Assembly: GCA_010405405.1 (NCBI GenBank)
Contig: MU004233.1
Span: forward strand, 2,706,539-2,770,538
DNA: 64,000 nucleotides
Direction: 5' to 3'
Source of the DNA: Microthyrium microscopicum
Lineage: Eukaryota
In this document: positions 38,812 to 50,740 of the stretch, piece after piece
How positions within the stretch are numbered: position 1 is the first letter of the stretch
Layout: the number at the start of each line of letters is the position of its first letter
Made by a program: the position numbers and the translations under genes
The notes under the pieces: model-generated
The model's database searches: none
What the model saw: only the letters and a program-made list of their open reading frames with translations
What the model was told of the DNA's origin: nothing

Positions 38812-39642
38812 CGCTGAGCTGGTGATTTGATGATTTGGGTGAGCAAGGGATAAAAAGGAGATTTAGTTGTGGACAACACATGGAAGGTGTTAGAACATTC
38901 AACACCATCGGACTTAAAAGGCGTGATAGACTTAAATCCGAGTTTACCCCTTTTCTGTGCTGCATTTCATCAACAAAGACCGTGTTCCCGGCTGTCATCT
39001 GGCTTTGACTTTTTCAGGTGAGAGCTTAAATAGCATTTAAGATTTGTGCATCCCAATAGCTGGCCTTTGGGTTCTTACCACACTATCCCATTCTCCAACG
39101 CAGCCTTGTAGTGGCATTTTCGAGTTTTTTATCGACATCCCGTGGCAGTCGAGACTCGGAGTACTCTAAGAAATTACTAGAGCAGGAGAACTCGGATGTA
39201 TACCAACTGACTGTCAGTCTTCCGGAACGCTGATGCTTGGATGTTGTCTGTTCACAATGCTCATGCTCGTGAGCGGAGCTATCTGCGTTATTCCTTCAAG
39301 CTAGATCTGTTCTCCTTAGCTTCAAAGAGGGCTTGAACAAAATCGAATCGCACGCTAAATCGTTTAAAGTTATATTGCTGTACATAATATATAAAATACA
39401 AATGACTGTCCCTGGTCACTGGATTATATGCTCCCAGCGATAACACAGTGACCTCCTGCAAGCAAGTAGCCAACACAATTACACCGGGCTCCAGACTTTC
39501 CGGTGAACCCAATCCGCTGTCCTTTCAATACCTTGTCCATAACGCTCAATGTACGCCGTCTTAACTCCTATCAAACCGCAAGTAATAACCTGAAATCTGT
39601 CAGTATAAGATCATCCTTGGAGCACTTGAAACCGTAAAAACA

Positions 39643-39955
39643 CCATCGCATTCGATGGCGGCCACAGCACTTGATCAGATACGGCTTTCATGGGAGCCAT
39701 CGAATGCGATGGGAGATAAGGTGTTTTTGATTTCGTTGCATGTTGTCAAAAAATGTGATTCAGCACGGCAGAATCTCACCTGGATTTGAACATTGTCAGT
39801 ATAGGTTTACAGTCAAAGATGTCAAATAACCATGAAATACGCCTCAAAACACCAGTGAAGTTGCTGTGGTCATAATATGGTTTCGCCATCGTACTCGGTG
39901 GGAACCATAGCACTCGATGTGAAACGTATGCTATGGTCGCCATCGAGTGTGATGG
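39643..39955. repeat. Two 70-bp four-unit palindrome cassettes (39643-39712, 39886-39955) inside tandem ~190-240-bp degenerate units
   Basis: 16-bp CCATCR-N4-YGATGG-like units at offsets 0, 19, 35, 54 in both cassettes; shared flanks tgtcagtata...gtgttttt...tgtgatt. Confidence 0.85.
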
Positions 39956-40053
39956 AGAAATCGTGTTTTTGGATCCATTGGATATCGTCAAAGAATGTGT
40001 GATTTCACACGGGGAATTCTTACCTCTTAACGCCAATATGTGGTAGGCGATAT

Positions 40054-41837
40054 CTACTGCCAATTCTCGGCTCCAGACAACTCCTCATTCTGATCATCAT
40101 GTTCGCTGGCTGCGGGAGTTTCCTTATTTTTCCGCATAGGCAGTTTCACACCTTGCGCGTTCAAGGCTCGGGTGAGCTCGGTACTTTTCATCATTCCAGG
40201 AAACTTCTTAGCCGTGTAGACTTCGAAAACAGCACTAAAGCAGCTGACCGGGACGGGATTTTTGTCGCGCTGTTGGCCATCCCAAAATTTCTGTGGCCCT
40301 AGTCCAGCTATGTTTATCAAGGTGAATTTTAGACGAAATTTTCCGTCCTTGCGCACCGAAATATCTGCAAAGGGGAACAAGATAAGGCCGCCAAAAAGTT
40401 CGGCAGTCACATGCCGTTGTCCAATGATATTGTCAGTGTACTCCCCGACGTTTGGCTCTAGCATGTTGACAATTTGTGTCCTCGCATATCCGGATTGGCC
40501 GGGCATCGCATTCATGACCATTCGCTGCCCTGCGTCGCGGAACGGCGCAGGGGGAAACGAGGCTGTGCTGCTCGCACCGATACTCCTGGTGGAAGTACTA
40601 CCTGAAAATAAGTCAGTTTAAGATGGAGGAAGAGTGGAACTTAAGCCGCCACACGCTGAAGCCATGACATGATCTTCTCAGGATGAAATCCCATTGCAAT
40701 TTATGGGACCCATCCAGTACGATGGGAGCCATCAAATACTATAGAAAATCAAGCGCTATGGAAGCCATATGCCGCGATGGGAACAACCAATGGCACTAGC
40801 TATTGAGGGAAAGTGGGTAAAAGTGATGTTACAAGAGGAAATCTCACAGGAAGTTCTGCCACAGCAGAGAAGACTGGCAGGCTGCATGCTAGATGCGTCG
40901 ATTATATCGACCGCCACGATGAATTGCGAGATATCAATCTCGCTGACAGGTACTACCTCCCACGGTCCGAAAGCATTAGACCACACACAGAGTGCGACAA
41001 TAGGAGCGTGGGAGATAGGCCTCCTGTCTTTGTCGCCGAAGCCGCACATGCGGGCCCGGACGGGTTCTTGCAAAACGCTCAAGGTATACGCATGATCTCC
41101 TAGAGTACTGGTGACACTGCTGGGGACACTGCTTGGCACAGTGGGCACTGGAAACTATTAGCCTTATCACCAGATCGCACTTTATGACTCCCATCAAGTG
41201 TGATGGGAACCATCAAATGTCTTGAAACAGCATTGCTCGATGTGATAAATGATAGAATTAGCACAAGATGAGTTTTTTTTTACATATGCGAGAGCATCAT
41301 GTGGCAGCCATCGAATGCGATGGCAGCCATCAGATGTGCTCGCAATGTCTCATCAACTTCAGATAACAGAGAGAAACGGAGAGATCAGGGTACCGTGAAG
41401 CCCCGCCGAACGCGCCAAATGATATTTTTAGTGCAAAATAGCTCACAAAATGGGATGAGGGGAACTTGGGAGCGTTTGATATTTCTACCAAGGAAGCAGA
41501 TGGTCACCATCGAATGCGATGGGAGCCAGGTAGTGTGTTGTGATCATCGGGGTTTGCTGCGAAACATTTTCTTTAAGACGAGAGCGGACTTACTGCTACT
41601 GGGGTTGAAGCCATTAAGATGGCTCAAGTCGTCAGGAAAGTTGAAGTGGTTGACACCAGAGCCATCGTCAAACATGATATTGTTGTCATTGTTGTAATTT
41701 GGAAGTAGGTCTTGGGAATTCGGATCGAGCGTGACAGTCAGGTCTTGTGTAGTAATTGAAAGACTTGGATCTTCAGAGTAGGGATTGCTAGGCACATTGT
41801 TCACGTCGAGTTCGTTCCAGAGAGGTGCATAAGCCAT
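40054..41837 (-). CDS. Velvet-domain protein, divergent VelB-like paralog (3 exons)
   Basis: Exons 41837-41594, 41147-40848, 40601-40054 splice in frame (introns GTAAGT...CAG 446 nt, GTGAGA...CAG 246 nt); velvet motifs YTLSVLQEPVRARMCGFGDKDRRPI, SIGASSTASFPP, DISVRKDGKFRLKF, FSAVFEVYTAKKFPGMMKSTEL...QGVKLPMRK. Confidence 0.9.
40691..40780. repeat. Palindrome array in velvet intron 2 (5 units)
   Basis: Units at 40691, 40710, 40729, 40746, 40765 (e.g. CCATCCAGTACGATGG), mostly 3-bp spacers. Confidence 0.8.
41172..41541. repeat. Three palindrome arrays in velvet intron 1
   Basis: Units at 41172/41191/41210, 41289/41308/41327, 41488/41507/41526; exact CCATCGAATGCGATGG at 41308 and 41507. Confidence 0.85.
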
Positions 41838-44215
41838 GCTGGAGTGGTTGACAGTGCTCAAGGTAAAGAAATATGCACACTTTGCGCAAACTAGAGGATT
41901 AATGGTAATGCAGAAAATATGTTGGGAGAAAGTTACAGTTACTGGACATTGGCTACTTTTATACCAAATGCTCTGATAGCGGCACTTGAACTTCTCCGTA
42001 GCTGGAGAGAAGTATGGGACCGCTGATCTGTCATAACTATGGCGCGCTCTGAATGACTTGATGGCATCTACCGTTAAATCTTGACTTTTGTGGAGAAAAT
42101 AGACGATAGTAGCGGTCGCAGGTATGCTGTAGATCAGGCAGAAGAACTAAATTGGTACAGTCTCCTTGAAGAGCCCTGTTTCATGACTATTTAGGATCAT
42201 ATTGGAGTTCAACCAGAAAATTTCTGTGAAGAAGGTAAGCAACGGCATAGGCAAGCCTGTTGGTGAACCATGGTTGTAAACAACGCGGACGTTAGCATTG
42301 CGGTCTAGGACATAATTTGGTTCGAGCATTTGACATCTATGAACTGCATTCAAACACAAGGAGCCAGTGTTGTGATACTGGGTAGAACATGTAGGATACC
42401 GCGATGAATGGCGGTGGATGAATGCTGTCGGAAGAGAATGGAGCACGGCAGCTGTATTTCCCTAGAGCTTACTGCCGCCATGACTTCCATGTAGATTGGC
42501 AGGAATCACCTATCTCGTTCGGAAATCGGTATGATAGAGAACCGCGGTACGGATCTTTAAACTAAGATTTAGCGTTGGTTGACCATCATTTAACACTGCC
42601 ATTGTTTGACCCGACGAATCGCCACCCCCTGTCAGCCAAAAGTCTTTGAGCAGTTTTGATTATACATTAGCGATCCTGCATTTCTGTACTAGTAGTATAG
42701 GCAGAAGAAACCTCTGCGAAATAGAACAAAACCTTGTTGTTTTGTGGGCGCCAGTTCACAAAGTTTCTTAGTGCGCAGAGAGCGAGGGATAGTACCAAAT
42801 TTTATTCGGATATACGAACTAATGCTACAGTGGTGGCCCATGAGCAACTTCTATCGAGCCCGAGGTATCGAGTAATGGTTAAGAACGCAAAGATCCTGGC
42901 AGCTGAATTGCTAGTGTCTGATATGGGAATTAGGTAGCAGGGTAAAAGAGCTTGCATGAGTCAATCTAGACTGGCCTGGGAACCGTGGGATGTGAAGTAT
43001 TGTGTTCATTCTAGATGTGCTGAAAGCCGAAAATTGGCAGCGTTATCGACTGTTGATGTCGGAGAAAGTGATGTTAGATAAAATCGTGAGATTTGGGTAC
43101 GTACCTGACTGTAAAGCTAACGTGAGTATGGGGTATCATGGAATTTTCCATTGCTCCACAGGTACGGATTCTAGTCTACAGCTAGAGATTCAGCTCTAGA
43201 GAATGTGGTTGAATGTCATCACTTTTCGATATATGTCTCGGACTTCGTTGAAAGCCTAGCGAATCAGCTTCCAAAGTCAATTCTATCGTGCTTGATCCAG
43301 CGTTATACTGGTAGAGGTAAAATCATAGCGCCTACTGGGTAAGGCTCCTTTGCGGCTAGCGATAACAGGTGCCGTACTGTAATCACACGTCGACCTTGAA
43401 GTCTCGCGCTCGCATCTTCGGTTACTAGTTGTAGAGTCATGAATGATCAGGGCCCGTCATAGTATCAATATGGAGACCGACCATAGCCGCGCTACTACTG
43501 CCACGTCTTGATATACTGGGAGACATCCTGTTGCCTGCTAATCCAGTTCCAAGAAAGTAGAGGAGAGAGGGAGCACGTTCATCCGAGCAGAGCAACTCAC
43601 GAAGTTTGGTTGTCGTTGCACGCGATGTGGGTTAAAGTGCCACCACCTGCCTCGCCTTTCCTGATGGCTTGAATAGAGCACAAATACATGAATCAAAACA
43701 TGCATTACAGACAAGACTAGCATTCCCAACGGTGCCTTGCTCTTTACAATACGCAAACGGCGCTTTCGATTATTGAAAAATAGTTTCTGGAATTGATCTG
43801 GGCGATTGGTGGTGGGCATTGAGAATCAGAGGAAAGGAAGGTCGAACTCGAGAATTTGCAACAACCCCACTAATAGAGAGACGGTGTGTTTGAGAGACAT
43901 GAAGAACCATTGCATAACTTGTTATTATTTTATTTTGATGGATGAAGAGAAGGGTTGGTGCGATCAGAAATTTGGACGTTGAGATCTGATGAGAGGTAGT
44001 TGGAGTGGCAGCCTTGACCAATCAGTCGTTGCACTCCAGACCGAGGTTTCGCCATCCTAGAAATCCCGCCTAGCCAATCAGCTTTAGCCTAAGCGTCAAC
44101 GACGAACTTCATTCCAAAGTCGATTGATTTCTCCATCTCGAACTCTTCAACCGCTCAATTACCCGCAATTCCGCCTTTGCTCCTCCCGCAAGCTTGTGAA
44201 CAAGTCGGGCTCACA

Positions 44216-45450
44216 ATGCTTGTTCAATCCTGCGTGCGAGCCGCGCGTCCGACGGGGTCTGTCGCCCGTCAGGCTCTTCGATATGCCTCAAAGGTATGCT
44301 CACAATAAAACATCTTCAATGAGCTCTATTGGGCTCGATATCGGACTAGATTGCTGATCATCGGTTTTCTCATAGCGTAACGCCTCAACATCAAGTTCCT
44401 CTTCCGCAGAAAAGTCATCATGGACATCCTCGATTCTTACTGGAGCTGGTGCCGCGGCTGTAGCTGGAGGTTCAATGGCTTGGTATTCTCAGCTATACAA
44501 CAACCCATTGCATGCTATGACGCCTGCTGAAGAAGGGTAAGTTTGAGAATGGGAATATTGAGCTAGGATAGCAGCTAATTTGGTTCCAGATTACATCCTC
44601 AAGCTTATCCTTGGGAGCACCAAAAGTTATCCAAGACTTACGATCACGCAGCGTTCGTGTCCTAGCCACAATTCAATCTGGCTCAAACTGATAATCTTAG
44701 GCTACGACGAGGCTTTCAAGTCTACCGCGAAGTGTGCGCGTCTTGCCACTCCCTTTTCCGGATCCCATATCGCTCCCTCGTTGGTGTCCTAATGACCACC
44801 GACGAAGCCAAGGCCCTTGCCGAAGAGAACGAATACGAGGGTGAATTAGATAACGAAGGAGAACCAACAACACGACCAGGCAAACTTTCTGATTACCTCC
44901 CAAGTCCCTACAAGAACGACGAAGCTGCTCGTGCTGCCAACAATGGTGCTTTGCCACCGGATCTAAGTTTGATGGTCAAGGCTCGACACGGTGGCTGCGA
45001 TTACATCTTCAACCTTCTTACTGGTTATCCTGAAGATCCACCAGCTGGTGCTGTTGTTCAATCTGGTCTTAACTTCAACCCTTATTTCCCTGGTACCGGA
45101 ATTGCCATGGCCCGTGTTCTGTATGACGGCCTCGTCGAATATGACGACGAGACCCCTGCTACCACAGCACAAATGGCAAAGGATGTCACTGAATTCCTCA
45201 ACTGGGCGGCAGAACCCGAGTTCGATCAACGGAAAAAGATGGGTTGGAAGATTCTTTCAGTAACAGCCATTCTATTCGGCATGAGTGTCTGGCTCAAGAG
45301 GTTCGTTGATTACTGCAATAATGATTCACATAGGACTAATAGACTGGTAGATACAAGTGGGCACCAATTAAGACAAGAAAGATTGTATACAACCGACCAG
45401 TAACGAATCACACTCCAAGATTTACTGTTGACAAGACGAAGAAGGATTAA
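44216..45450 (+). CDS. CYT1: Cytochrome c1, mitochondrial
   Basis: Mitochondrial presequence MLVQSCVRAAR, heme motif CASCH, ARAANNGALPPDLSL, FNPYFPGTGIAMAR, TM helix, final exon YKWAPIKTRKIVY; four introns. Confidence 0.97.
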
Positions 45451-45804
45451 TCGCAACTCAAAAGGGATTGAAGTAGGTTTTGTAGAGCGGATCATGTACA
45501 GGTAGTTTGTGGCTGGGTAAACCACTTCCTGTTCTATATAGACATTGGACATGTTATTTTCCTTGTGTCTCGAGTCGTCACGCTATGACTTTAAAACGTT
45601 GTCCAGATCAGGAGTCATTGAAGATGTGTCTGTAGGTTCAGTTGTTGAAATTTCATGTTGGGCATTTCAAATGTCATTTTCATCCATACGCCTAGCCCAT
45701 CGGCACGTAATTCCATGATCTACGGAATATTATGCCCTTGTAATGCGACAAAGCCCGAATTGCCATATCTCCACCTTCCTCCCCAGCCAATTCCCAATCT
45801 CTCC

Positions 45805-46125
45805 TTATCTCAGTCTTCGTGCTTCGCGCTCGGATTCGAGTAGGCAGAGAATGTCGTTCTCACGGACTGGGCCCTTGACGTTGCGGATAATTGACTATTT
45901 CTCCAATCAGTACATGTACAATATTGTTCCCCGAAAAGATGCTTACTCGGGTGGTGTCGTCCATGAACTCAACGCGCACTTGCGTAACACCTCCACGGGA
46001 GCCAGTTCGGCCTAGAACGCCTATATTCGACTGGTTAGAATGATTTTATATTGGAGCGGTTGTATTTGCGGGCAATGCGTACGGGTCACTTTGACGAGCT
46101 TGATGGGTTGCTTGGCGGCATCCAT
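45805..46125 (-). CDS. RPS28: 40S ribosomal protein S28 (eS28)
   Basis: Spliced MDAAKQPIKLVKVT.R VLGRTGSRGGVTQVRVEFMDDTTR SIIRNVKGPVRENDILCLLESEREARRLR; two introns. Confidence 0.96.
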
Positions 46126-46433
46126 TTTGGCGGTGTGATTTTGCTGTGAGCTGCTGAGTGGTAGTTAAAGCTGTAGAGCGTGGACTGTCTGGAGGCTTGT
46201 GGTGTGCTGTCTGGAGATTTTGGCGATAGATTTTGGTGGTGGTTCAAAATGCGACTGAATTGCAGCGTGCGGGAAAGTGTGTCACGTGTGCCAAGATTTA
46301 GTGACAGCCAGCCCCCGCTTTTGACGCAGCGTTGCCCCTTTGTGTGATGCATTTGACGACCTTAGTCTTCTGGGTAGATTGACTTTGCATCTATTCCGAT
46401 CTATCCAAAGACTGAAACCCCCAAGTTGCCAAC

Positions 46434-47105
46434 ATGGCAGACTCGGACGACCCTTACGCTGACTTTACAAATATTGGAGTACCGCTCTACCCTGCCGACA
46501 TCTTTCCGCAGCAAGACTTTCTTCACTTTGTCAACGAGCGCCTTCTTGATGCACCCAAGCCCAAGAGCCAGCTCGCCGCGTACTTTGCTGGCCATCGCGA
46601 ATTCATGAGACCCTATGAAACACCATCACCTTCCACTTCTCCCGAGCCTGAACAGAAGTCAATAACTCGACGGAATTCACAAGGAAAGCGCAAGCGGCCT
46701 GCTCACGATGAGCCTGAATCTACTACATATGCTCAGAGTCTGCGGGCGAAGAAGGCTAGGACAACCAGAGGACCATTACGAAGACTTTCCAAGCCATCTA
46801 CTTCTATGGCGCCTATAAGAAGCTCTGATGCTACAGAGCAAAACGAAAACACACAAACACCTGACCAGCTCATCTCCCCAAAAAGCTCACCACTCTCTCG
46901 AACCCTGGAGTCATTCGAACATAATGCCCCACTTACTACACAAACTCGCCCTGTAAGGACTAAGAGACATATCCGTACGAAGGAATTGCAGGATCTCGGT
47001 GTTATCAGACGGACGGCTAGCAGCTACATGGTAGGCGGATATTCTTTGCGGAGGCGACCGCGTTTGAATCGCATCAATACTGGAATAATGGCTCAACCTG
47101 GTTGA
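46434..47105 (+). CDS. Hypothetical protein, basic disordered C-terminus
   Basis: 223-aa ORF with good ATG context, divergent from RPS28. Confidence 0.55.
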   Translation: MADSDDPYADFTNIGVPLYPADIFPQQDFLHFVNERLLDAPKPKSQLAAYFAGHREFMRPYETPSPSTSPEPEQKSITRRNSQGKRKRPAHDEPESTTYAQSLRAKKARTTRGPLRRLSKPSTSMAPIRSSDATEQNENTQTPDQLISPKSSPLSRTLESFEHNAPLTTQTRPVRTKRHIRTKELQDLGVIRRTASSYMVGGYSLRRRPRLNRINTGIMAQPG

Positions 47106-47375
47106 AGTATTTCAAAATTCGATGAACTCAACACCTACACCGTCCTACATGAGCATTTGATATGATCATATGCTTCTTTGAGAAACATACATGTTGTCAA
47201 CTTTGTTTCCCTGAGAAGTCAGGCAGCTCGGCACTCCCTCGGAGCTAAGCAAGCAAACAAATCCAGTTAGAGCCCCACCTTACCTGGATCCTTCAAGTTG
47301 AACTGATGATGCTTCCTTCCTTCTGGTGTTGGTGTTGAACATACCAACCAGCTAGAGTAAAAGCTTTCAATCATC

Positions 47376-49050
47376 ATGACGAGCAGCCTTGATGACTCAA
47401 CATCGCTGGATATATTTACGGAAGTTTTGGGAAACAGTGAGCCAACACAGCCTCAGTCAAACTCTCTGCATGACTCCAACTTTGACGGTCATTTTGCGAA
47501 CTTGGTTCCACTCAATAAATTCGCAAAGAACGCTATTGCTTCCACTCTTGCAAATGATCAACTTGAATTTCATCACAAATTTATCACCAAGTATGGACGA
47601 TATGGGATCGACCACTGTTTTGCTCTATCTCTACTCCAGCTCCCGGAGTTCCCACATCTTGGCTGGCGCATCGGCCGTGGACGCAAAAGACTTCCAAACA
47701 ATGGCGTTGATATACTTTTAACCACAAACGCTGACGAAAATGTCGCTGGCATTCATGCTCGCCTCGGTTGGCGCCAGTCATCCGGAGGCTTCTTCGTAAT
47801 ATCTACACATCGGCAGGGGAGAACCGTGCTATTGAATGGAGAGGCACTAAATGGCGAATACCGATTAGTACCTCGAAAGAACATGATCACGTTTGGCGAG
47901 TGTCTGTTTCGACTGGAATACATCGATATGAGTCCAAAGAACGAGATTCAGTTCCAAGTCGAATTACGAACATACATGCAAATGTACTGCGACGACGAAA
48001 ACCCATTTGTCATACCAACTCCCAAGGAGCATGATGCAGCGTTTGGTAAATGGACTGTTCAGTGGGCCATATCAAGAGGTGCTTTCGGAACCGTATACAT
48101 GGTCATCCATTCAGATTCTGGGGAACCAGCTGCCGCAAAGCACCTTCTGAAGACGAACCGAAATCAGATAGCCGTAGATCGAGAAATTCAAATGGCGAGA
48201 CTCATCTCTCGCTTTCCTCACGTATGACGCTCCCCATACCTCATTTGATGTGCGCTAAGCGTTCCGAAGCCACGTATCGCATGTCCACTCGAGATCATCA
48301 CACAAGGCAAACGCACCAAAGTTGAACTGGTATCTATAACTCATCATTCTCCTAAACCATTTCATTAATAACTCCCAGGACCGTATAAGGGCTCTTCTAT
48401 CCGACGAATGGGACCCCGTTGCCTCAGACGACATCATATCTGCCTTCATCATCATCTCGCCCCTTTCCTCCACAACCCTCGCATATATCTGCAACACCCT
48501 CCGGCCCGGTTCTCCAGGTCATCTCGGATACGCACCAACCACAACTTTCTTCTTACAGCTCGTTGAAGCTCTCGCCTTCCTCCACGGCCATGGCATTGCG
48601 CATCGAGACGTCAAGCCTCAGAACGTGCTCGTCAATAGTCTTAGTCCGCCAAGATGTGTGCTGACGGATTTTGGTAGTGCGAGTGATCAAGCTGTCATGC
48701 CAAATGCTACGGTCGGGACGTTGGCATATCTTGCGCCGGAACAAGTGCCAGGACGGGAGCATAGCGCTGCAGTGGATCTGTGGGCTGCGGGACTACTTGG
48801 ATGCCAATTGATGGGGTTGAGGTTGGGTGCGGGAAGAGTTGATGTAGAGGGGCCGTTGTTTAAGAGAATTGTGGAGAGTCTGGGGGCAAAGGAGAGCGCG
48901 TTGGTTAGATGTTGTCGTGAGATGTTAGTTGTGGGACCTGAGAAACGGATGGCGGCCGAGGAGGCGTGTCGGGTGCTGAAGGAGGATTTGCAACGGTTTG
49001 ATGAAGAACCTTTGGAAAGAGGGAAGAGAAGGAGATCAGGCAGTGCTTGA
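47376..49050 (+). CDS. FHA-like domain plus Ser/Thr protein kinase
   Basis: GWRIGRG...H FHA-like region; RGAFGTV, AAK, HRDVKPQN, DFG, APE, DLWAAG; introns ~48222-48268 and ~48330-48379. Confidence 0.88.
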
Positions 49051-49064
49051 TACCGAATTGACCG

Positions 49065-50309
49065 CTACAAGTTTCGACCATCAGTCGCTATCGGTCCCCA
49101 GAATTGTGGCCAGCGTCGAGAGAGGTCCAAGGGCGAGCGATGTGTTCCATTATCGTGAGATTTATGGTGCAACCGACGAGCAGTCTCAAAAGGAAGGAAG
49201 CAAAAAATAGACGTGGGCTCGATAGTGCCTTTCCCATCGATTCTAGGGGATACCCTAGGACTTTCGGGCTCTGTCTGAACGGTTTCACCATCTGGCTTGG
49301 TTGCGTGAGCGGAATTTTCCTGGTCGGAAAGCCATGGCCGCTTCAGTTCAGGATTGGATATCAGAAGATGCTGATACTTGGCGTGTGGCACTGCTATGCC
49401 AGACTTCTTCAGCATCTGTTTCCAGATCTTAAACATGGACTTGGGAGAAAGTCCGGCAATCGCTATTTGACGTAACCCCTCAGTAACATCCTGCACTTGA
49501 CTCTGAGATAACTGAATGGCGGGATTCATAGGTGCAGCAGGCCATGTGGGATTCAATCTCACCCTATGCCCTGCAGAATGTGCCCAATTTTCGTCCGGCA
49601 TTCCATCGAACATGTCGCGCCGACTATCCTCAATCTGTACAACAAACATAATTTCTCGGAGCTGAGAGAATGTTTCTATGAAAATCTCCCTCTTCTGTCG
49701 ATCCGTGATTATTGAGCTTTTGCTGAGTGTCTCAAGAACATCGTCTTTGTGAAGCCACGATAATCCTCCTCCATATTGTACGTCCAAGGTATGGGCAGAG
49801 CAAGTCCTACAGAAAATGCCGAGCAGACTGTGACATTCTACGGCAAGATTTACCAAACCAATATGGAGAGGATCGTGTTTGACTTTGAGCAGATATATGA
49901 AATCGACTAGAGCTTCGTTGGCATAGCGGCAGGACTCCCATGAAATGCTCAAGATATCGTACTCGGGATTCATATGAACAGTGATCGGTTTGGGGACGTC
50001 CTCAAGCCCGTCGTTCCTTCCTGCTTGTTTTAGATGACAGGCCAGGTGAACTCTATAGAAGCGCAGAGCCGCCCATCGGGCTTCGCGGTTCACTCGAAAT
50101 AGTTTGCTGAGCACTTGGTGGCCATCAACAGTCCATCGTGTGGGAAAGCCTTCCAGATGTATTCTGATGACCCGTTGGCCTTGGAGTGAGTGCCGCCATA
50201 TCATGAGACGGATCTCTGTTGGCAGTTTGGGAAACGAGTGAAATTTCGCCTGTTGTTGGCTCCCAGTCGAGCCCGTAGAGTTTTGAACCTGGTCGCAGAA
50301 GTATTCCAT
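49065..50309 (-). CDS. 2EXR-domain protein (start uncertain; ORF open to 50465)
   Basis: FHSFPKLPTEIRLMIWRHSL, L.RVNREAR..AL.FY, NPEYDIL. Confidence 0.8.
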   Translation of the reverse strand: MEYFCDQVQNSTGSTGSQQQAKFHSFPKLPTEIRLMIWRHSLQGQRVIRIHLEGFPTRWTVDGHQVLSKLFRVNREARWAALRFYRVHLACHLKQAGRNDGLEDVPKPITVHMNPEYDILSISWESCRYANEALVDFIYLLKVKHDPLHIGLVNLAVECHSLLGIFCRTCSAHTLDVQYGGGLSWLHKDDVLETLSKSSIITDRQKREIFIETFSQLREIMFVVQIEDSRRDMFDGMPDENWAHSAGHRVRLNPTWPAAPMNPAIQLSQSQVQDVTEGLRQIAIAGLSPKSMFKIWKQMLKKSGIAVPHAKYQHLLISNPELKRPWLSDQENSAHATKPDGETVQTEPESPRVSPRIDGKGTIEPTSIFCFLPFETARRLHHKSHDNGTHRSPLDLSRRWPQFWGPIATDGRNL

Positions 50310-50740
50310 ATTTATGGTGGTGGTGTTGATGGCTAATGATGACTTTTTGGTATTTGTGCCAGAAAAGAACAATGAAGCAAGCAAAATCCCACAATACTCT
50401 GGGTTCCTGCATCGCTTTATACTTACTTGTTTTCTCCTTGAGTAGAACTCGATATCGGCCCCCATCTCTAATGCTGACCCGTGATGTAGGCGTCAGGCTG
50501 CATCAAGAGAATGAGATGGAGGGGCGCAGCAAACTACAACTTCAAGATTGACCCAACATGTATTCTTCCGTTTAGCACCACAATGATCTGGCTATTATCA
50601 CTTCCAAATCCAGAGGACGATACAGTTATTGATCAGTCACTGTGTATGACTTCAGACTTTGAGAGCCCTTTAGCTTCACGAGCGGGTTCAAAAGCATCCC
50701 CGATCTCCTTACTCATACAAGCATAGAATACGTCAATGTT

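Noticed and set aside
40054..41148. Velvet ORFs as a split pseudogene or two genes needing DNA rearrangement
   Set aside because: Canonical GT-AG introns with branch sites join all three exons in frame.
39643..41541. CRISPR-like interpretation of the periodic palindromes
   Set aside because: Spacers are only 3 bp, there are no unique 25-45-bp spacers or cas genes, and the context is eukaryotic.
41900..44100. Possible ncRNA or snoRNA host in the 2.2-kb gap between the velvet gene and CYT1
   Set aside because: No convincing C/D or H/ACA box pairs and no recognisable protein; an Rfam scan would be needed.
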